From Ignavibacteriota bacterium (lineage in GTDB: Bacteria; Bacteroidota; Ignavibacteria; Palsa-1295), in NCBI GenBank assembly GCA_963787835.1, contig CAWBEI010000004.1:256001-320000 (forward strand): a DNA stretch of 64,000 nt, read 5' to 3'. The notes under the pieces are model-generated. The model saw only the letters and a list, made by a program, of their open reading frames with translations, made no database searches and was not told the DNA's origin. Made by a program: the position numbers and the translations under genes. Shown here in pieces: positions 57,338 to 64,000 of this stretch (its first letter is position 1; each line of letters starts with the position of its first letter).

Positions 57338-57370
57338 GGCGCGAGTTCAAAAGAACTCGCGCCTTTTTTT
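57338..57370 (+). terminator. Intrinsic terminator
   Basis: GGCGCGAGTTC-AAAA-GAACTCGCGCC perfect 11-bp stem followed by T7. Confidence 0.88.
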
Positions 57371-57461
57371 ATGTATCAAAAATGCAGATCGTTGCTTGTT
57401 TGTGGCTTACCGCAATTATTGACGTAAATTTGCAGAACATTATTTCAATTCCAAGAACACC

Positions 57462-59942
57462 ATGCATCCATTCCGCCTTTTTTTGATCGCAATCGCCATC
57501 TTCACGTTTCCGTTAAGCTCATTCGCGCAGGGTCTCGGCTGGGATTACCAGGAGCAAGCCCGCTCCCATACTACCGATCTTCAGCATGTCGAAATGCACA
57601 TCTCGTTCGATGAGCCTGCGAAAAAGATCATGGGGACCGTGCTGGAGACCATGGCGATCCTGCCGCAAAAGGACACGGTGAAGGAAATTGTCTTAGACGC
57701 GGTAAATCTGAATATTCAGAATGTGTGGATCGAGGAAGGAAAAGGGAAAAAGCTCCCACTTGTGTTCAGCACCAAGGATTCTGCGAAGCTTCACATCACG
57801 CTCGACAAGATTCATCCGTATAATGTACCATTTACGGTTGGAATTCAGTATTGGGCACAGCATCCGAAAAAAGGATTGTATTTTATGGAGCCCGATACCT
57901 TCAACACCGTGCGGCCCCAACAGATCTGGACGCAGGGCGAAGGCGAAGACAACCGAAACTGGCTGCCGATCTACGATTATCCGAACGATAAAGCAACGAC
58001 CGATATGTTCGTCACCGTTCGTGCCGATCAGCAGGCTCTTTCCAACGGGAAGCTTATTGGGAAGCAAAAGAATAGTGGTGGTACCGTAACATGGCACTGG
58101 AACGAATCGCATCCGTACTCGACCTATCTCATCATGCTCGGCATCGGGCATTACGATGTCGTCAAGGATAAATGGCGTGGGAAGGATGTTGATTATTGGA
58201 TGTATCCGGGATGGGGTCCGGAGGCGGATCGCATTTTCGGGCTGACGCCCGACATGATCGAGTTCTATTCCTCGCGCACCGGCTATCCGTATGCGTGGGA
58301 GAAGTATGACCAGATCCCGATCGCCGATTTCACGTTCGGCGGCATGGAAAATGTAACAGCCACGACGCTAAACGATTACGTGATGTTCGATAAACGTTCC
58401 GGCGTCGATTTCAGCAGCGAGGGACTCATTGCGCATGAATTAGCGCACCAATGGTTCGGGGATCTCGTGACGTGCCGCTCGTGGATACAGATCTGGCTTA
58501 ACGAATCCTTTGCGACCTATTTCGAAGCGATGTACCGGCAATACCACGATGGCGAGGATGAATTCGAAGAGGAAATACAGGGCGCGCAGAACGCCGGCAT
58601 CGATGCGGAGAAATCCTTAGGGAAAAAGGCGATCATCGCGCCTAATAATTATACCGCCAACGATTATCCTCGCGGCGCAGCCACGCTAAATATGCTGCGC
58701 CATATCCTCGGTGATTCCGGCTGGTGGCATTCGATCCATCATTATCTCGACGTTCATCAATTTCAGCCAGTGGTCACCGAAGATTTTAAGATGGCGATCG
58801 AGGAGGCAACCGGGCAAAATCTGGCGTGGTTTTTCGACGAGTGGCTGTACAAGAGCGGTCATCCTGTGTTCGATGTTACATATCATTATGACGATGCTGC
58901 GGCCATGCTGCACCTGTCCGTCGCACAGATACAGGGTCGGGATACGCTGACCGGCACGTTCAAATTGCCCGTCGATGTCGAGCTAACGTTCTCAGACGGT
59001 TCCACGAGACTACAGACACTGAAGATCGAGGATTCGTCGCAAGATTTCGATATTCCTGCTCGCGCAAAGCCCGTGATGGTCATTTTCGACAAAGGCAATA
59101 CCATTATTAAGGAACTGAACATCCAAAATACTCCGGACGCATGGATCTATCAATTATCAAATGCGAAACCAGCGATCGAACGGTCGCATGCTGCGCTGGC
59201 CATGCAGCCCGATGCCGTTGGACACGACCAGCATGCGTTCGAGGCGCTTAAAACCGCTGCGATGCGTGATCCTTTCTGGGCAGTACGGTTGCACGCGCTT
59301 ACCACACTCGGCAATTGGGCAAGTCCCACCTACTCGATTCTCGATCTTCTGCTTGATCGCTCAAAAAACGATCCGCGTGCCGATGTTCGCTCGGAAGCGA
59401 TCAAGCGGTTGGCACAGGTTTCTTACCCGAAGGAGCAGGTTGTGCCTGATTTGTCGAGCATCATCGCAACGGACTCCAGTTATAATGTGGTCGGCAATGC
59501 ACTTCAGGTGCTGCATTTGTACGATCAGGAACTTGCGTATCGGGATGCGCTGCCGTTCCTGACCACCAAATCCCCGCGCGACCACATCCGCCACGAAGCC
59601 ATCGGAGTGCTCGAGCACACAAAGACCCATGCTTCACTCGAAAAGCTCATCACACTAATCGATACTCATAACATTCCCAACGATTCGCATCAGACGACTC
59701 GTAACGACATTGTCGATGCCATCAGCAAGTGCGCATCGGTCGATTCTGGCTTAGTCTATCGCGCGTTATGGAATCTTACGATGAACGGCGATAACGGCGT
59801 TCGTACCACCGCGATCAACCGGCTTGCTGACATTGGTGACTCCACCACACTACGCGAGCTTGAAGATCAGGCCAGTCAGCGCCCGGAAATGAAATCGACG
59901 TATGACGCTGCATTAAATAAAATGCGGAGACGTTTGGAGTAG
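57462..59942 (+). CDS. Secreted M1 family aminopeptidase with C-terminal HEAT repeats
   Basis: Signal peptide, GGMEN, HELAHQWFG...WLNESFA zinc motif, YPRGA, DPFWAVR / DPRADVR HEAT-like repeats. Confidence 0.94.
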   Translation: MHPFRLFLIAIAIFTFPLSSFAQGLGWDYQEQARSHTTDLQHVEMHISFDEPAKKIMGTVLETMAILPQKDTVKEIVLDAVNLNIQNVWIEEGKGKKLPLVFSTKDSAKLHITLDKIHPYNVPFTVGIQYWAQHPKKGLYFMEPDTFNTVRPQQIWTQGEGEDNRNWLPIYDYPNDKATTDMFVTVRADQQALSNGKLIGKQKNSGGTVTWHWNESHPYSTYLIMLGIGHYDVVKDKWRGKDVDYWMYPGWGPEADRIFGLTPDMIEFYSSRTGYPYAWEKYDQIPIADFTFGGMENVTATTLNDYVMFDKRSGVDFSSEGLIAHELAHQWFGDLVTCRSWIQIWLNESFATYFEAMYRQYHDGEDEFEEEIQGAQNAGIDAEKSLGKKAIIAPNNYTANDYPRGAATLNMLRHILGDSGWWHSIHHYLDVHQFQPVVTEDFKMAIEEATGQNLAWFFDEWLYKSGHPVFDVTYHYDDAAAMLHLSVAQIQGRDTLTGTFKLPVDVELTFSDGSTRLQTLKIEDSSQDFDIPARAKPVMVIFDKGNTIIKELNIQNTPDAWIYQLSNAKPAIERSHAALAMQPDAVGHDQHAFEALKTAAMRDPFWAVRLHALTTLGNWASPTYSILDLLLDRSKNDPRADVRSEAIKRLAQVSYPKEQVVPDLSSIIATDSSYNVVGNALQVLHLYDQELAYRDALPFLTTKSPRDHIRHEAIGVLEHTKTHASLEKLITLIDTHNIPNDSHQTTRNDIVDAISKCASVDSGLVYRALWNLTMNGDNGVRTTAINRLADIGDSTTLRELEDQASQRPEMKSTYDAALNKMRRRLE

Positions 59943-59951
59943 TAAATTTGT

Positions 59952-60050
59952 GTAGAACAGGCTTTCAGCCTGTCCTCGGGCTTCCAAGCCCGAGGGGCTG
60001 ATGTTTTTGACGGGCTGAAAGCCCAGGCGCAGACTAAAAGTCTGCACTAC
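59952..60050. repeat. GTAG-type REP-like multi-hairpin element between convergent genes
   Basis: GTAGAACAGGCTTTCAGCCTGT, CCTCGGGCTT/AAGCCCGAGG, GGGCTGAAAGCCC, GCAGACTAAAAGTCTGC-ACTAC; the terminal CTA is the lptB stop codon. Confidence 0.75.
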
Positions 60051-60796
60051 ACCGTAGGTGCCTGTTGCCATCGCTCTAACTTGAACGTCTCACCTAAATA
60101 AAGCCGGCGAATTTCCTCATCACTCGCCAGTTCTTCGGCAGAGCCGGCGCGGTAGATGGTTCCATCAATGAGAATATAGGCGCGGTCGGTGATGGAGAGC
60201 GTCTCATGGACATTGTGGTCGGTTATGAGAATGCCGATGCCGCGCTGTTTCAATCGGATCACGATCTGCATGATCTCTTCGACGGTAATCGGATCGATCC
60301 CCGCAAATGGCTCATCGAGCAGCATGTACGCAGGGTTTGTAGCAAGCGATCTCGCGATCTCACAGCGCCGCCGTTCACCGCCGGAGAGCATATAGCCATA
60401 GGATTTTCGGATATGCGCGATGTTTAGTTCCACGAGCAATTGCTCGGTTCGCTCCTTGCGCTGTTTGGATGTCATGGAAAGCATTTCGAGGATGGCCATC
60501 AGGTTTTCCTCGACGGTCATCTTGCGAAAGATCGAGGCTTCCTGCGGAAGGTAGCCGATCCCTTTTCGCGCGCGGGCATACATGGGAAGTCCAGTAACAT
60601 CCTCGCCATCGAGCAGCACGCGGCCTTCATCGGGCTTGATGAGGCCCGTGATCATATAGAACGTCGTTGTTTTTCCAGCGCCATTCGGGCCGAGCAATCC
60701 TACGATCTCGCCCGGCTGGACGGATACGCTGGAATCCTTTACGACCGTCCGTTTGCCGTAGATCTTCTTGAGATGTTCCGATTTAAGTTCTTGCAT
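60047..60796 (-). CDS. lptB: LPS export ABC transporter ATP-binding protein
   Basis: [60 protein letters not shown]; likely start ATG 60796. Confidence 0.96.
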   Translation of the reverse strand: MQELKSEHLKKIYGKRTVVKDSSVSVQPGEIVGLLGPNGAGKTTTFYMITGLIKPDEGRVLLDGEDVTGLPMYARARKGIGYLPQEASIFRKMTVEENLMAILEMLSMTSKQRKERTEQLLVELNIAHIRKSYGYMLSGGERRRCEIARSLATNPAYMLLDEPFAGIDPITVEEIMQIVIRLKQRGIGILITDHNVHETLSITDRAYILIDGTIYRAGSAEELASDEEIRRLYLGETFKLERWQQAPTV

Positions 60797-60812
60797 GAAA
60801 TATGGATGTAGA

Positions 60813-62378
60813 TCAACCCACCGATTTCCGTTTAGGTTTTTCAGATTTATTCGGCTGAGGGGTTGTCGAAGGCTGAGTTGAGTCCGGTGTTGTTTGTGGA
60901 CTTGGCTGAGCAAGCGGTGGCAGTTCCCACGGCATTACGAATTCCTTGCGGTGCGGGCGAAGGTTATCGTGGCGTTCATAAGCCGTTAATCGAAATGCAG
61001 ATGCTCGGCCCTTTACAAAACGCTCCGGAAAAAACTCGCCCTCTGTACCGGAGATAGCTGCTATCCGAACCACTTTTTTGTTCTTGAAATCCATTCGGAT
61101 CGTATCCCCGGACTCGCGATTCAGGCCATCGGGTTTGTCATCGCTAAGTATAAAATAAATAGCGAGCGCGTTCGACATGTCGTAAAGCTCGCGAGCGGTG
61201 TCCTGCCGCACGATAAGCAGCATGGTTTCTCCCTCCAACTGGTCGATCCGTCCGGAATTCGGGAATTCATCCTGCGGGCTGGTTGCGAACGCGTGACCGA
61301 GTCCATAGATCTTGGTGATGTGATGCTCCTTCATCAGCATGGCCACGCTATCGGCATCGATCTCGGTGGAATCATTCCAGATATGCTGTCGCTTCGCTTG
61401 ATTGACATTCATCACGTCATGAACCTGATCATAGACGAGTTTTCCGCCCGTTAAGCTGAAATTTGACCGGTACAATCGCACACTATCGATGGCAAGGAAT
61501 CTGGCAGAATCCCCCTGGTATAACCTCATCGTGTCAGCACGGACGAACATCGTATCGAATACGGTGTTCACTTTGCCGGTGGTGTCGCGGACTTGAGAGC
61601 TATCGATATAGAGCAAGAGCGGTCGCTTGGGCACTAAAAGATAATTCCCTACCGTGAAACGTGCCAGCGTATCGCCATAGATCGTCGTATTGTTCTGGAT
61701 ATCCTCCACACCAACGTGACCCCTGGCATGCAATTCCCTATGCAGTTGGGACTCGAAGAGCCAGTCCGATGCAAGCCGAAGCGAATCGTTTGCGAGATGC
61801 ACGTCGCCTTTGGCGGTGGTTTCTCCGAGCGCGCGAACGTTCGTGATCGTATCGGCGGCAAGTGCGCCAGAATCACTCGTGACCGAGGCATGTCCATAGA
61901 GGATCGCGGTTTCGGTTGAACGGTAATAGGTCATCGAATCCGAAAGGCTCGTGTTTTTGCCCTGCGTCATCGTGACATGATGAAAAAAATGCGCGACTTG
62001 ATTATTCTCATCGTAATCGCCTTCATGCGCGGTCAACTCCTGATCGCGGTCGAACATTCGCACACCGCCATCAGCGTAGCCAATGCCGGTGGCTTCATTA
62101 AACAATACGTGCGGGGCATAGAGGGAGAGCGTATCCTGGTGGATCGCCACATTGCCGAACAACTCAGTGCGGTTTCCAGAAGTGTATCGGTAGGCCTTAT
62201 CCGAGGAGCCATAGAGTGCACCTTGCACGAACCGCACATTGCCAAATAATTGTTCGACAGGTTGACCATCAATCGTGGTTGCGGCCAAGCTATCCGCATT
62301 GATATTAAGAGGCGGATTCGAGGGCGTTTGGGCGGAAGCGTAACCACCACAAAGGAGCAACGTTATTAGCATTGTCAT
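60813..62378 (-). CDS. OstA/LptA-like beta-jellyroll protein (Bacteroidota-type long form)
   Basis: INADSL...LFGNVRF.QG, FGNV.I.QD repeats, DTMFVRADT; directly upstream of lptB; start uncertain (62378/62372 vs TTG 62522). Confidence 0.82.
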   Translation of the reverse strand: MTMLITLLLCGGYASAQTPSNPPLNINADSLAATTIDGQPVEQLFGNVRFVQGALYGSSDKAYRYTSGNRTELFGNVAIHQDTLSLYAPHVLFNEATGIGYADGGVRMFDRDQELTAHEGDYDENNQVAHFFHHVTMTQGKNTSLSDSMTYYRSTETAILYGHASVTSDSGALAADTITNVRALGETTAKGDVHLANDSLRLASDWLFESQLHRELHARGHVGVEDIQNNTTIYGDTLARFTVGNYLLVPKRPLLLYIDSSQVRDTTGKVNTVFDTMFVRADTMRLYQGDSARFLAIDSVRLYRSNFSLTGGKLVYDQVHDVMNVNQAKRQHIWNDSTEIDADSVAMLMKEHHITKIYGLGHAFATSPQDEFPNSGRIDQLEGETMLLIVRQDTARELYDMSNALAIYFILSDDKPDGLNRESGDTIRMDFKNKKVVRIAAISGTEGEFFPERFVKGRASAFRLTAYERHDNLRPHRKEFVMPWELPPLAQPSPQTTPDSTQPSTTPQPNKSEKPKRKSVG

Positions 62379-62504
62379 CCTGAGCGGAGTTCGTCTTCGC
62401 GACAGCGGAGACGAACGGAGTCGAAGGATCTCTCGCTTAACTCGCAAGAGATTCTTCGACTCCGCATTTCGACTTTCTGTCGAAATGCTCCGCTCAGAAT
62501 GACA
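62373..62504. repeat. RPE-like palindromic element TGTCATCCTGAGCGGAG...CTCCGCTCAGAATGACA
   Basis: 17-bp imperfect terminal inverted repeat, internal GGAGTCGAAGGATCT/AGATTCTTCGACTCC pair and two side hairpins. Confidence 0.88.
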
Positions 62505-62546
62505 GTTAGAATTAAATATCAAATTTTCTAAATCAACGCCTGACGT

Positions 62547-63866
62547 ATGGCAATCAATCCAAGTAAACTAACAGTTAAATCGCAGGAGGCGCTTCAAGCG
62601 GCCTCGGAGATCGCGGCGAATTATGGTAATAATCAGGTCGAGCCAGAGCATTTGCTGGCTGCGCTCATTCAGGATCCTGAAGGTGTGGCGACCTCCGTGC
62701 TCCGAAAACTTGGGGTCAATATCGACCAGCTTCGCATTCGCGTGACCGGCGCGCTGGAATCGCTCCCAAAAGTGACCGGAGCGCAGGGTGCGAATCAATT
62801 TGCGTCGAATAATCTGAATAAGCTCTTCGATGTTGCCCGCAAGGAAGCCGAGGCGCTGAAAGATGAATACGTCTCCACCGAGCATTTGTTGCTCGCCCTG
62901 ATCGATGGCAATACTCCATCCTCGAAGCTCCTGAAAGAGCATGGGGTGACGAAGAACAGCGTGCTAACAGCACTCCAATCCGTGCGTGGCACACAGCGCG
63001 TAACAGATGCCAATGCGGAGGACCGTTACCAATCTCTCGAAAAATACGGACGCGATCTCACCGAAGCTGCGCGCAAGGGTAAGCTCGATCCCGTGATTGG
63101 ACGCGAGGAGGAAATTCGCCGCGTGATGCAGGTGCTTTCGCGGCGCACGAAAAACAATCCCGTGCTCATCGGCGATCCGGGAGTGGGAAAGACGGCGATC
63201 GTAGAAGGCATTGCGAATCGGATCGCGTCCGGCGATGTGCCAGAGGGACTCAAAAGTAAACGCATCGTTGCGCTCGATATGGGAACGCTTGTCGCCGGAA
63301 CCAGTTTTCGTGGGCAGTTCGAGGAACGATTAAAGGCGATCGTAAAAGAAGTTGCGGAGTCCGCTGGAGAAATAATTCTCTTTATCGATGAACTCCATAC
63401 GCTCATCGGCGCGGGCGCTACGCAAGGCGCAATGGATGCCGCAAATATCTTAAAGCCAGCGCTAGCACGCGGAGAACTGCACACCATCGGTGCAACCACG
63501 CTGGATGAATACCATAAGCACATCGAAAAAGATGCCGCACTCGAACGCCGGTTCCAGCCCGTCTTTGTTGGCGAGCCAAGCGTGGAGGATACCATCTCCA
63601 TTCTGCGTGGATTGCAGGAAAAATACGAAGTGCATCACGGTGTTCGCATCCGGGACGCCGCGCTTATTGCCGCCGCGCAGCTTTCGGATCGCTATATTGC
63701 CGACCGTTTCCTTCCCGATAAAGCGATCGATCTCATCGACGAAGCCGCCAGCAAGCTCCGCATCGAAATAGATTCCATGCCCGCCGAACTCGATCAGATC
63801 GAACGTCGCATCCGCCAATTAGAGATCGAACGCGAAGCATTGAAACGGGAGCAGGCGGCAGTTTAA
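62547..63866 (+). CDS. clpB: ClpB N-terminal half (N-domain, NBD1 and start of M-domain); NBD2 absent
   Basis: Clp_N repeats, [55 protein letters not shown]; ends [12 protein letters not shown]-stop at 439 aa. Confidence 0.9.
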   Translation: MAINPSKLTVKSQEALQAASEIAANYGNNQVEPEHLLAALIQDPEGVATSVLRKLGVNIDQLRIRVTGALESLPKVTGAQGANQFASNNLNKLFDVARKEAEALKDEYVSTEHLLLALIDGNTPSSKLLKEHGVTKNSVLTALQSVRGTQRVTDANAEDRYQSLEKYGRDLTEAARKGKLDPVIGREEEIRRVMQVLSRRTKNNPVLIGDPGVGKTAIVEGIANRIASGDVPEGLKSKRIVALDMGTLVAGTSFRGQFEERLKAIVKEVAESAGEIILFIDELHTLIGAGATQGAMDAANILKPALARGELHTIGATTLDEYHKHIEKDAALERRFQPVFVGEPSVEDTISILRGLQEKYEVHHGVRIRDAALIAAAQLSDRYIADRFLPDKAIDLIDEAASKLRIEIDSMPAELDQIERRIRQLEIEREALKREQAAV

Positions 63867-64000
63867 TGAAAAATATGCAAGAAATTTTGGGTGGTGAAAA
63901 ACCTTATGTATTTGGTACCCACTCCGCCGAGCTTGAACGGCTCGGACTTCAGCATCGCGTCTGGCGTCCGGATGTAACCGATGCTTGGCGGCGCGCGGGA
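63866..64000 (+). CDS. Probable class I SAM-dependent methyltransferase, 5' part (runs off the window)
   Basis: ATG overlaps the clpB stop (TAATG); [45 protein letters not shown] matches the YVLG...E.ERL..Q N-terminus of a methyltransferase family; the SAM motif itself is beyond the window. Confidence 0.7.
   Translation, partial: MKNMQEILGGEKPYVFGTHSAELERLGLQHRVWRPDVTDAWRRAG

Overview
Bacterial chromosomal window from an FCB-group organism. Four proteins end in T9SS-type C-terminal sorting domains, and the gene content suggests a Kapabacteria/Ignavibacteria-like lineage (inference). Most genes are housekeeping: miaE, uvrB, comF-like, panD/panC, arginase, accD, lysC, cdsA, tig, clpP, ribBA, yajC, hisS, lptB, an lptA-like gene, clpB and three tRNAs (Phe, Leu, Val). 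Secreted proteins, two toxin-antitoxin pairs and several families of short palindromic or periodic repeats are interspersed, and many of these repeats overlap start or stop codons. The main points of interest are: (1) a tRNA-Val-adjacent tandem array of four ~935-bp paralogous secreted-protein cassettes with nucleotide-conserved junctions, mosaic 5' ends and in-frame stops in two copies; (2) a ClpB that stops cleanly in its M-domain and overlaps the start of a methyltransferase gene; (3) a ~2,140-aa collagen/phage-fibre/YadA mosaic protein with a Cys-rich block; (4) a secreted TPP II-like subtilase; (5) an orphan DGR-type HRDC protein; (6) repeat elements recruited into protein termini. Single-base homopolymer indels in tig and the subtilase suggest residual sequencing error, so gene disruptions need read-level confirmation. 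All family assignments come from motif recognition by eye; no database searches were run.
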